From assembly GCA_043823645.1 (NCBI GenBank), contig JBDRAO010000024.1, positions 1-48,704 on the forward strand: DNA of 48,704 nucleotides, read 5' to 3'. How positions within the stretch are numbered: the stretch's first letter is position 1; each line of letters starts with the position of its first letter. Under the pieces are notes generated by a model. The model did no database searches and was not told the DNA's origin. It was given only the letters and a program-made list of their open reading frames with translations. This DNA is from a bacterium (lineage in GTDB: Bacteria > Patescibacteriota > WWE3 > JBDRAO01). Shown in pieces: positions 33,238 to 41,190 of the stretch. A program made the translations under genes and the position numbers.

Positions 33238-33885
33238 GTGATGGCAAAAAACACCAAGAATATAAAAATTAAGTTTCAGTTGGAAAGTCTCCTTTCGGTC
33301 AATGCTCTTTTGGCCGTGGTAATTGCCCTGGAGCTTTTAATTGCTCTTTATCTCATTGTCTCTCAAAATTACCAACTAAAGGCTTTATACAATCGCTCTT
33401 TGGAGGGAGTGAGGAAAATATCCGAAGAGTCAACTGCCAAGGCCAAACAGGCCAGCACCTCAGCCTCTCTGCTTTTACAGGCAGACGCCAAAACCTACTT
33501 GGCTGGAGAGCCGGCTGAAGTAGAGGTAGTGCTTACGCTCGACAAGCCGGAGACAATTTCTGCCATTGAGGGCCGGCTCAAATACGATCCCAACTATATT
33601 AAGATTAACAATATTGTGACTCGTAGCCTTTTCAAAAAAGCGGCCGATAAGGACGACCCCGCCGGTGGGGTTTTCTACTTTGCCTTTTACAGCGAAGACG
33701 GCCAAAAAATAACCAACTCTTTGGGGCTAGCCACTGTTTCGTTTACGCCTCTGCGCCAGGGCGCCACGGCTTTAGAGTTTGTATTTAGTGAAGGAGCTAG
33801 CAGTAGCAGTTCCACAGTAATGCGCTATACCGACCCCACCAATCTCTTGCAAAAGGTTAATAGTGTCGATATTGTAATAGAGTAA
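33238..33885 (+). CDS. Cohesin-domain protein (membrane-anchored)
   Basis: 215 aa with an N-terminal TM helix. VEVVLTLDKPETISAIEGRLKYDPNYIKINNI...FYFAFYS...LATVSFTPLRQGATALEF fits the cohesin beta-sandwich pattern. Confidence 0.6.
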   Translation: MMAKNTKNIKIKFQLESLLSVNALLAVVIALELLIALYLIVSQNYQLKALYNRSLEGVRKISEESTAKAKQASTSASLLLQADAKTYLAGEPAEVEVVLTLDKPETISAIEGRLKYDPNYIKINNIVTRSLFKKAADKDDPAGGVFYFAFYSEDGQKITNSLGLATVSFTPLRQGATALEFVFSEGASSSSSTVMRYTDPTNLLQKVNSVDIVIE

Positions 33886-34826
33886 TGTTTAAAAAGTCTG
33901 CCTTGCCTGCCATAATTTTAACTATCCCTTTCCTGGTCGTTTTTAGCGCCAAGGCTTACGCGGCGGAAGTAACTATGTCCCTGGATCCAGCCACTGCCAC
34001 GGTGGCTAAAGATAGTACCCAGACAGTTAAGGTAATGCTTAACTCCGGCACCCAAGAAATTACCGCCGGTGATGTTTATTTGGAGTACGATTCCTCTAAA
34101 GTTCAAATAACCCAGGCAAATGTTTCCAAGGGTGAGCAGGATTACAATTATGGCGCCGGCACTTGTGATTTTAGACTCAAAGGGACGGTGGTAGATAGCT
34201 CCAAAGTGAGGTTTGGCTTTTCTTGTGAGGATGACCAGGGGTTGAACCAACCATTTACAGGATCAGTTCATGTGGGTTCGGTTTTGTTTACTGCCTTGGT
34301 AGGTTCAGGTTCAACTAACCTTACTCTTAAATTCACCCCCGGTGCCACGGCCGGAGACTGCAATGCCGCCAAAGACGGGGTTGATTATTTAACCGGAACT
34401 TCGGGGGGTACCTACACTTTCACCTCAGGGGGAGGAAACGAGACACACCTGGTATGCAATACCTCCAACCAGTGCGTTTCTGTGTCCGGAGCCGGTACCA
34501 ACGAGTGTACCGCCAACTCCGACTGCGAGGAGGACGCCCCCACCCACAACGAATGCAACACTAGCAATGTTTGTGTTAGCGTTTCTGGAGCGGGGACAAA
34601 TGAGTGTACCGCCAATTCTGACTGCGCCACAGAGGAAGAGGAGGAAGAGGAAGACGACACCGATACCACCACTACCACAACCACCACCTCAACCAGCACT
34701 TACAGCACCACTTCAAAAGGGGCCACTGGCTCAGCCGTGCCTCAGACAGCTGGCAATGTTTGGCTCACCATATTAGGAGGGTTAGGATCCTTGGGCTTGA
34801 TTTTATTGGCAGTTTTGGTATTTTAA
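33885..34826 (+). CDS. Cohesin-domain surface protein with duplicated Cys motif, acidic/Thr-rich stalk and sortase-type C-terminal signal
   Basis: Signal peptide, then TVKVMLNSGTQEITAGDVYLEYDSSKVQI (cohesin-like). Two copies of CNTSN.CVSVSGAGTNECTANSDC. EEEEEEDDTDTTTTTTTTSTS stalk. VPQTAG plus a hydrophobic tail. Confidence 0.6.
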   Translation: MFKKSALPAIILTIPFLVVFSAKAYAAEVTMSLDPATATVAKDSTQTVKVMLNSGTQEITAGDVYLEYDSSKVQITQANVSKGEQDYNYGAGTCDFRLKGTVVDSSKVRFGFSCEDDQGLNQPFTGSVHVGSVLFTALVGSGSTNLTLKFTPGATAGDCNAAKDGVDYLTGTSGGTYTFTSGGGNETHLVCNTSNQCVSVSGAGTNECTANSDCEEDAPTHNECNTSNVCVSVSGAGTNECTANSDCATEEEEEEEDDTDTTTTTTTTSTSTYSTTSKGATGSAVPQTAGNVWLTILGGLGSLGLILLAVLVF

Positions 34827-34838
34827 TATTAATACTTT

Positions 34839-35408
34839 ATGAATCTAATTAGTACGGCGCAAGCCGGCAAAAGCCTCAAAACATTTATTACCATTGGAGT
34901 TTTGGCAGTGGCCGCCCTTGGGGTAGCCAAGGGGGGGCAGTATGTTTACACCACCTATGTGGGAGCGGGAGCAGAAAGTACCCCTCAACAAGTCAAGGCA
35001 GACACCATTACTGCCAATTCAGCCGTTATTAGTTGGAATACCTCAAAGGAAAGTTTTGGCTTTGTGGAGTACGGCTCCACTCCGGAACTGGGTCTTTCGG
35101 CCCAAAGTTCCCTAAGTGAAAAAACTTTGGAACACTCAGCGGCTCTTAAAAACCTACTGCCCAACACTAAATATTATTACAAGATTGGGTCAGGGGCAGA
35201 ATCTTTTGGTCAGGGAGAGGGCGACACACCCTATTCGTTTGTGACACTAGCCTCCGGCGGCCAAAAAGTGGAAGAACCGGAAGAAGATGCCACTACGGTT
35301 ACCGAAGCCGGTTTTGATAAATATATGTACACTGCCGATCCTCTTTACGATCTCAACAAAGACGGCGAGGTTAACTCAATAGATTACGAACTTTTTAAGT
35401 CTCGGTAG
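34839..35408 (+). CDS. FN3-domain protein with C-terminal dockerin-like segment
   Basis: ITANSAVISWNTSKESFGFVEYG...LLPNTKYYYKI is FN3-like. YDLNKDGEVNSIDYELF is a single dockerin-type Ca-binding segment. Confidence 0.55.
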   Translation: MNLISTAQAGKSLKTFITIGVLAVAALGVAKGGQYVYTTYVGAGAESTPQQVKADTITANSAVISWNTSKESFGFVEYGSTPELGLSAQSSLSEKTLEHSAALKNLLPNTKYYYKIGSGAESFGQGEGDTPYSFVTLASGGQKVEEPEEDATTVTEAGFDKYMYTADPLYDLNKDGEVNSIDYELFKSR

Positions 35409-35430
35409 ACGATACCCCCCTCTCTAGGAA

Positions 35431-35484
35431 CACCCGAAGGGTGGAATTCCTTTTTTGTTGTATATGTATTCCACCCTTCGGGTG
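35431..35484. terminator. Bidirectional terminator between convergent genes
   Basis: Perfect 17-nt inverted arms cacccgaagggtggaat and attccacccttcgggtg. Each arm also folds as caccc-gaa-gggtg. The plus-strand copy is followed by tcctttttt. Confidence 0.7.
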
Positions 35485-35493
35485 TATAGCTAG

Positions 35494-36111
35494 TCAACCC
35501 CTCCTTTTGCCAATAATCAAAAGCCTTTTAGTATCCAGCCCCGGTGGAGTACAAGTCATAAGAATTACCCACGATTCATTTTTGGAAAAATACTCGCTTT
35601 GCATAAAAGGGCTCACCTCCTCGGGCTTTAGGGTAATTTTATAAATCACCTCAAAAGTGTCGCTTTCGTTTCCTCTTTCAATGGTAAAAGAGTCTCCAAA
35701 ATTCAAATGATGCAGGGTGGAAAAAATAGTGTCGTAATCCAAAGCGTCAAAGAACCAGGGCAAGACTGAGTGGCCATACAAAAAGCTAATGCCGGCCTCC
35801 CCGGGCAATACAGTTCCCTGTAAGTGCCCAATAAATCCTTTGGGGTCCAAATCAAAAATGTTGGCTTTAACTTGGGCATCTTCAATAGATAATTTAGGAA
35901 TGCTAAGGTAAAAAAAGCTTTCTGTGGCGGTGGCGGCGCTTCCCAGTACAGGGCTTTCCCGCGCCTTTAAGGGTTTAATGTTTCCGGGTAAAACCATCTG
36001 ATTGCCTTTGGAAGGCATACTTTTAAGAATGGGTAAAAACACCTGCGCTGTTAAAAGATAAGCGCCGGTAATAAAGCTCGCCAAAGCGGCCATTTTTTTA
36101 AAATATTTCAT
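35494..36111 (-). CDS. Sortase
   Basis: 205 aa with an N-terminal anchor. His context FLYGHS, catalytic VILMTCTPPG (TLxTC-like) and a downstream Arg (KRLLI). Confidence 0.75.
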   Translation of the reverse strand: MKYFKKMAALASFITGAYLLTAQVFLPILKSMPSKGNQMVLPGNIKPLKARESPVLGSAATATESFFYLSIPKLSIEDAQVKANIFDLDPKGFIGHLQGTVLPGEAGISFLYGHSVLPWFFDALDYDTIFSTLHHLNFGDSFTIERGNESDTFEVIYKITLKPEEVSPFMQSEYFSKNESWVILMTCTPPGLDTKRLLIIGKRRG

Positions 36112-36725
36112 AGCAAATTAATTAAAAGCCAGCTTTCCACCGATTCCCATGGGTCTTGGGCTAAACTTTTAAGTTTTTTTTCCAGTTCCAAAAGGCCAAC
36201 TTGCAGGCTTAAAGCCTTTTTTGGGCTCAAGGTGGCCTTTCTGGCCCCGCTGATTATTTTCTCAAGCCGAGTAAAAAGGAAAGCCAGGCCTAAAAGCAAG
36301 TTTTCACCCTCGGTTTGCATTTTTCTAAGAGCCGCCACGGCATTTTTAGCGTTTTGTTGTGATACCGCGTCCAGCAATTTGAAAATCGCCCGACTGTGGT
36401 AAACGCTAAAGTCTTTAACCACCCCGCCCTGAGCATTAACCCAGTCACCCACCTTTTTTAAAGACAAATTGTCTCCCAGGTAGCACAGCGCCAGCTCAAT
36501 GGCTGGCTTTTGTTCCACTATTTTGGTGAGCAGGTTTAGGCTGTCTTTGGGAAAATTATTAAGGACCCAAAGATTAGTTTCCCCAAAAAGAGTGTCTCCC
36601 TTGTAAAGCGTTTCTACCACCCCGTCCATTTCCTTAAAATTATCAAAGGAAGTTTTTTTAAAAGGCAAACTTTCCAAAAATAAATCAATGGGCTTTTTTT
36701 GATTGCCGTAGAGTAGGTAGATCAT
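36108..36725 (-). CDS. DNA polymerase III delta-subunit-like protein (short)
   Basis: 205 aa. The MIYLLYGNQ start and helical C-terminal half resemble HolA. Weak assignment. Confidence 0.35.
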   Translation of the reverse strand: MIYLLYGNQKKPIDLFLESLPFKKTSFDNFKEMDGVVETLYKGDTLFGETNLWVLNNFPKDSLNLLTKIVEQKPAIELALCYLGDNLSLKKVGDWVNAQGGVVKDFSVYHSRAIFKLLDAVSQQNAKNAVAALRKMQTEGENLLLGLAFLFTRLEKIISGARKATLSPKKALSLQVGLLELEKKLKSLAQDPWESVESWLLINLL

Positions 36726-37753
36726 AAATCTTTAATAAATTCCTGCACCGCGGAAAAATCGCCCGCCTTTGGTATTAACACCCAGGCGCCGTTGTAAGGC
36801 TCCGTCTCTTTGGGGTTGTAGAACAAGTTACCATCTAGCACCTGTTTACTAATTTGGGCATTGTCTGAGCTTTGGGCTAAATCATAAAAAGCCAAAGCCT
36901 CTTCCAGGCTAACATTAGTCTCAACATATTCTTTGAAAATATCGTAGAGCAGTTTAATTTTAGCCGGATTAAAAAGTGTTTTGTGAGAAAGAAGGCGGTC
37001 TTTAAAAGCCAAAATTACCTTTTGCTGGCGGGCGCTTCTGGCAAAATCGGTGCCCTCATCGCCCAGGGCGTGGCGACTGCGAACGAATTGCAGGGCTTTT
37101 TCTCCGCTTAAAGTTTGCTCTCCGGCAGAAAAGTAAACATGAGTGTAACGGTCTTCCTCGGGGTAAACATTTTCGCGACCCTCAACAGGGTATTTATAAT
37201 CGTCAAATTCGTGAGCTATATCTACTGTTAAACCGCCCACCGTGTCAACCGCTTTTACAAAGCCTTCAAAACCCACCACGGCGTAGTAGTGAATGGGTAA
37301 GTCTAAGATATTTTCGATCGTTTTTTCCAAAGCCTCAACCCCGCCCCACTGGTAAACAGCGTTAATTTTGCCGCTGTAGGGTGAGTCGGCGTAGGGTACC
37401 CAAAGATCGCGGGGAAGGGAAATTATAAACGCTTTGGTACCGGTTTCGTTAATGGAGCCTACCATTATAGTGTCGGTGAGCCAGCCGCTTTCCGTACTTT
37501 GTTTACCGCGGCGATCTAAGCCTAAAATGAGAATATTGGTTTGTCCGTTGGCGGCGGCTAGAGAGGGCGCGCCGGTAATTTTTGAAATCACGCCGGTGGC
37601 CGATTGGCGGCCGATATTTTTAACCGCCATTACGGAAATTGTAAAGAGTACCACTATTCCCAAGCCTAGTAGCGCAAGCTTTACCGTTTTTTTCTTGGGG
37701 GCGGTAGTGGTATCTTTTAGATACTTTTTGCGTCTTACAGTTTTAAATGGCAT
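36722..37753 (-). CDS. LytR-CpsA-Psr (LCP) family protein
   Basis: 343 aa with an N-terminal TM helix. TNILILGLDRRG...DTIMVGSINETGTKAFIISLPRDLWV...RSRH. Confidence 0.85.
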   Translation of the reverse strand: MPFKTVRRKKYLKDTTTAPKKKTVKLALLGLGIVVLFTISVMAVKNIGRQSATGVISKITGAPSLAAANGQTNILILGLDRRGKQSTESGWLTDTIMVGSINETGTKAFIISLPRDLWVPYADSPYSGKINAVYQWGGVEALEKTIENILDLPIHYYAVVGFEGFVKAVDTVGGLTVDIAHEFDDYKYPVEGRENVYPEEDRYTHVYFSAGEQTLSGEKALQFVRSRHALGDEGTDFARSARQQKVILAFKDRLLSHKTLFNPAKIKLLYDIFKEYVETNVSLEEALAFYDLAQSSDNAQISKQVLDGNLFYNPKETEPYNGAWVLIPKAGDFSAVQEFIKDL

Positions 37754-38372
37754 TGATTAAATTTATAAAATCTTGGTAATTAAGGCTGGCCTGGCCCACC
37801 AGAAAGCCGGAAAGCCGGGGGATTTTAGCCAGAGGTTTAATATTTTGCGCATTGACACTGCCGCCGTAGAGCAGGGTGGCTTCTGGTTCCAAATCTTTTT
37901 TGTATTGAGTTAGCTCTTTTTTGACCTTTTCTAGGTCGACAGCCTTAAACTGCCCCCCTTGGCTGATATTCTCCGGTGGCTCGTAGCAGAAGATATAGGT
38001 CTTATAAGTCGTATAGGATCTATATTCTTTAATTTGGGAGAGTTTACTAAAGCAGAGTAGGGGAGTGATGTTTTTTGCCAAGAGCGCTGCTATTTTTTGG
38101 GCAATGATATCTTCTCCCTCGCCCAATTTCCGGCGGTCGCTGTGGCCCACCAGGCAGTATTTTACCTTAGGGTTTGCAAGGGTCTTTTCGGTAGCATCTT
38201 GGGCTCCTAAAGTTACCGGTAACATGTCCCACTCAGGCCAGTTTAGAAAAGCCTCCGGCGGGCAAACTATAACTTCGGCTCCCTTTGGCAGGTCAGCTCC
38301 AGCCATCTTTTCAATAAATTCTCTGGCTCCGGCTAAGTTTTGTTTATTTTTCCAATTAGCTACAAAATACAA
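37743..38372 (-). CDS. tpiA: Triose-phosphate isomerase (compact, about 209 aa)
   Basis: TTG start. ANWKN (catalytic Lys), LVGHSDRR (His) and CYEPPENI (Glu). Carries Rep-B in frame just before the YEP strand. Confidence 0.7.
   Translation of the reverse strand: MYFVANWKNKQNLAGAREFIEKMAGADLPKGAEVIVCPPEAFLNWPEWDMLPVTLGAQDATEKTLANPKVKYCLVGHSDRRKLGEGEDIIAQKIAALLAKNITPLLCFSKLSQIKEYRSYTTYKTYIFCYEPPENISQGGQFKAVDLEKVKKELTQYKKDLEPEATLLYGGSVNAQNIKPLAKIPRLSGFLVGQASLNYQDFINLINAI
37993..38026. repeat. Rep-B copy 3 (ataggtcttataagtcgtataggatctat), in frame in tpiA (YRSYTTYKTY)
   Basis: Same ataggtcYtataag core as the other copies. Confidence 0.6.
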
Positions 38373-38374
38373 AT

Positions 38375-38452
38375 GAATTACGAATTACGAATGACGAATT
38401 ACGAATGAAAAATGCAATTAATTCGTAATTGTTAATTCGTAATTGTTAATTA
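38375..38452. repeat. Rep-D solo hairpin element in the tpiA-pgk spacer, with remnant mini-ORF
   Basis: aattacgaattacgaatgacgaattacgaATGAAAAATGCAATTAATTCGTAAttgttaattcgtaattgttaatt. The mini-ORF at 38405-38428 reads MKNAINS*. Confidence 0.75.
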
Positions 38453-38459
38453 GTGTGTT

Positions 38460-39362
38460 TCACTGCTGTAGCGCGTTTAAACCAGGCAACTGGTGTCCCA
38501 GAACATATTCAAGCATAGCGCCCCCACCAGTAGATACAAAGTCTATTTTATTGAGCAGGCCGTAGGCGCGTAAAGCATCTATGGTGTGATTACCACCCAC
38601 CACCTTAAAAGCAGTGCAGTTTCTAGCCACCGCCTCGGCAATGGCTTTGGTACCGGTGGCGTACTCCTCCTTTTCATAAAGGCCCACCGGCCCATTCCAA
38701 AGGATAGTCTGGGCGTTTTTTATGTGGGCCTGGTAGCTTTTTATGAGATTGGTGTCTAAATCCAGGGCTTTTCCTAAATATTTCGAGCCTAAAAGCACTT
38801 TATTGGCCGTTTTTTCAAACTCGGCAATGAGCGGCTGTTTGGTTTCTATTTTTGCTCCGCCTAAAATTACCACAAAGGGCCTTTTGACATCTTCTGTTTT
38901 GAGTTGGTTTAGATGGGTTAGTTCCCGCTCTAAATTAATACCAATACAAGCGGTTGGCACTGCTTGAGGCAGTAGGGTAACAGAGGTATGTTTACGGTGC
39001 AAGGTGGCAAAGCACTCCTGAACAAAAATGTCCTTTCCTTGGCCCAGTTCCTTGGCAAAAGCCGGATTTTCTGTTTCTTCACGGGGGTCAAAGCGCAAGT
39101 TTTCCAAAACTCTCACCCTTTTTTGGTAGATTTTGGCAAAAAAACTTTGCACCGGTTTGAGCGAGAGCTTGGGGTTAGTTTTGCCGGCGGGCCGGCCGCG
39201 GTGGCCGCAAAGAGTAAGGCTTTTAGGGCTTTGCGCCAAAATATAATCAATTGAGGCCCGCATCCGTTCGGGTCGAAAAAAATCGGTATTATTGGGAATA
39301 TCTAGGTCTGCCCGCATAAGAATATTTTTATGAGTGAGATTAATTTCTTTTAAGGTTCTCAT
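38460..39362 (-). CDS. pgk: Phosphoglycerate kinase (compact, about 300 aa)
   Basis: RADLDIP, CGHRGRP, LENLRFDPREE, ILGGAKIETK, WNGPVGLYE and STGGGAMLEYV. Confidence 0.85.
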   Translation of the reverse strand: MRTLKEINLTHKNILMRADLDIPNNTDFFRPERMRASIDYILAQSPKSLTLCGHRGRPAGKTNPKLSLKPVQSFFAKIYQKRVRVLENLRFDPREETENPAFAKELGQGKDIFVQECFATLHRKHTSVTLLPQAVPTACIGINLERELTHLNQLKTEDVKRPFVVILGGAKIETKQPLIAEFEKTANKVLLGSKYLGKALDLDTNLIKSYQAHIKNAQTILWNGPVGLYEKEEYATGTKAIAEAVARNCTAFKVVGGNHTIDALRAYGLLNKIDFVSTGGGAMLEYVLGHQLPGLNALQQ

Positions 39363-39380
39363 AAGTTAATATGAGTATAT

Positions 39381-40451
39381 ATGGAAATCTTAAGTCTTGA
39401 AACCAGTTGCGATGAGACTGCCGCCGCCGTGGTGTCAGATGGCACCAAAGTGCTTTCCTCGGTGGTGGCTTCAAGCGAGGCTCTCCACCAAAAATATGGC
39501 GGCATTGTGCCGGAAGTGGCGGCTCGGGAACAGGTAAGAACAATTATTCCGGTTATTCACGAGGCTTTGGAACGGGCCTCAGTGGGGTGGGGCATTGATG
39601 CCATAGCGGTTACTTATGGCCCTGGATTAGTGGGCTCCCTTTTGGTAGGGGTAGAGACTGCCAAGGCGCTGAGTTGGGTACTAAATAAGCCACTGCTAAA
39701 AGTAAACCATCTGCTGGCCCACATTTATGGAGCTTTCCTGATCTCCCCCGACCCCGCTTTACCCCCCTTACCCGCTTACCCCCGGATTGAGTTCCCCTTT
39801 GTAGCCCTTGTTGTTTCTGGTGGCCACACCGACTTACTATTGATGAAAGGCCACACAACATACCGGTGGCTTGGGGGAACGCGCGATGACGCCGCCGGCG
39901 AGGCTTTTGATAAGGCGGCTCGCCTTTTGGGTTTAGGTTATCCCGGCGGGCCGGCCATTGCCAAAGTGGCTTTAAGTGGGCAGGCCGGTGCAGTAGACCC
40001 GCTTCCCAGGCCCTTAATAAACTCCCCCGATTTAGACTTTTCCTTCTCCGGTCTCAAAACCGCCCTCCTAAAGCGAGTATCCTATCCTTCCCTTTCCTAT
40101 TCTCCCCCCTTTCCTATAATTTCCCCCTTACCCCCTTTGACCCCCTTAACCCCAGAACAAGTAAACCTTGCCTACGAATTTCAAGAGGCGACCACAGACA
40201 CTCTGACTCACAAAACTATTCTTGCGGGAAAAAAGTACAACACCTCGACTATTGTCCTCTGCGGCGGGGTCTCGGCTAACATCTGCCTGCGGGAAAAATT
40301 AAGTGTGGCTGCGGAAAAAGAGGGGATTCAAGTTTTAGTGCCGGATTTTAAATATTCCACCGATAACGCCGCCATGGTAGGCAGTCGCGCCTTTTTTGCG
40401 CCCAGTGTAAGTTTGGGGGAATTAACAGCCGAGGCCGGCCTAAATTATTGA
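39381..40451 (+). CDS. tsaD: tRNA N6-adenosine threonylcarbamoyltransferase TsaD
   Basis: ILSLETSCDETAAAVV, VSGGHT, AAGEAFDK and LCGGVSAN. Confidence 0.9.
   Translation: MEILSLETSCDETAAAVVSDGTKVLSSVVASSEALHQKYGGIVPEVAAREQVRTIIPVIHEALERASVGWGIDAIAVTYGPGLVGSLLVGVETAKALSWVLNKPLLKVNHLLAHIYGAFLISPDPALPPLPAYPRIEFPFVALVVSGGHTDLLLMKGHTTYRWLGGTRDDAAGEAFDKAARLLGLGYPGGPAIAKVALSGQAGAVDPLPRPLINSPDLDFSFSGLKTALLKRVSYPSLSYSPPFPIISPLPPLTPLTPEQVNLAYEFQEATTDTLTHKTILAGKKYNTSTIVLCGGVSANICLREKLSVAAEKEGIQVLVPDFKYSTDNAAMVGSRAFFAPSVSLGELTAEAGLNY
39744..39785. repeat. Rep-A copy 3 (in frame in tsaD; SPDPALPPLPAYP)
   Basis: tcccccgaccccgctttacccccccttacccgcttaccccc-type C-run block, read directly at 39744-39785. Confidence 0.55.
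40081..40154. repeat. Rep-A copy 4 (in frame in tsaD; YPSLSYSPPFPIISPLPPLTPLTP)
   Basis: ...ttccccccttaccccctttgacccccttaacccc. The longest copy. Confidence 0.6.
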
Positions 40452-41164
40452 GCGACCGGTTGCCAAGAGGAGCCGAGGATTACCAAAAGATCGGTATTGG
40501 GGATAATCTCGCCATCGGGAACACTGCCGGCCACATTGCCTGAGAAAAGGTCAGCCAGGCTCAGCGCCTCATTGGTATATTGCCCTGAAATGTCAACAAT
40601 AATGGGGGTGGTGTAGCTGGCTTTGGCGGCATTAACCACGCTGTCGATTGAAAATGGTGATTCTTCAGTGGCCTCCACTGAGGTTTTGGCCAGCTGGCCC
40701 AAACCGGGATTGCCGGTGCCATTGTAAATGGCCACACTGAGAGCGTTTTGCGCCTCGGGCCCTTGAGCGCCTTCCTCCCCGCCCAAACCTTCCAAACTTT
40801 CTTCGTTGTTGATTACCAGAGGCACTACATCAATGATTTTGTTAATCCCAGGCCTATAAAGGATGGCTTTTAAGGCTTTGGAATAGGCAATTAATTTGTC
40901 GCCATCTTCGGCCTTTTCAAAGAAAGGCTCGGTCTCGCGCAATTTTTCCACATCGGTAATAGTGGCCACTGAGGGCTGTTCGTCGGTAGGGAGTTGGATT
41001 AGTTTGCCCACATCGGTAAGGGTGCTGTCAAAGTCTTTTTGAGATTGGACGGCCGGAGATTTGGCCAGCTCTTGGTACTTATAGTAGAAATAACCTCCCG
41101 CCCCAAGAGCGCCCAGAGTCATAGCAACTAGTAATCCATAAATAAGAATAGAACCTTTTTTCAT
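40445..41164 (-). CDS. Membrane-anchored LytR_C-domain-like protein
   Basis: 239 aa with an N-terminal TM helix. The C-terminal LSVAIYNGTGNPGLGQLAK resembles the LytR C-terminal domain pattern (v.V.NgtG..GlA). Confidence 0.45.
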   Translation of the reverse strand: MKKGSILIYGLLVAMTLGALGAGGYFYYKYQELAKSPAVQSQKDFDSTLTDVGKLIQLPTDEQPSVATITDVEKLRETEPFFEKAEDGDKLIAYSKALKAILYRPGINKIIDVVPLVINNEESLEGLGGEEGAQGPEAQNALSVAIYNGTGNPGLGQLAKTSVEATEESPFSIDSVVNAAKASYTTPIIVDISGQYTNEALSLADLFSGNVAGSVPDGEIIPNTDLLVILGSSWQPVAQ

Positions 41165-41190
41165 CAGTGGGGTTACTATACACTACTGTG

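Noticed and set aside
35441-35644. 67-aa plus-strand ORF.
   Set aside because: It starts inside the bidirectional terminator and runs antisense into the sortase gene.
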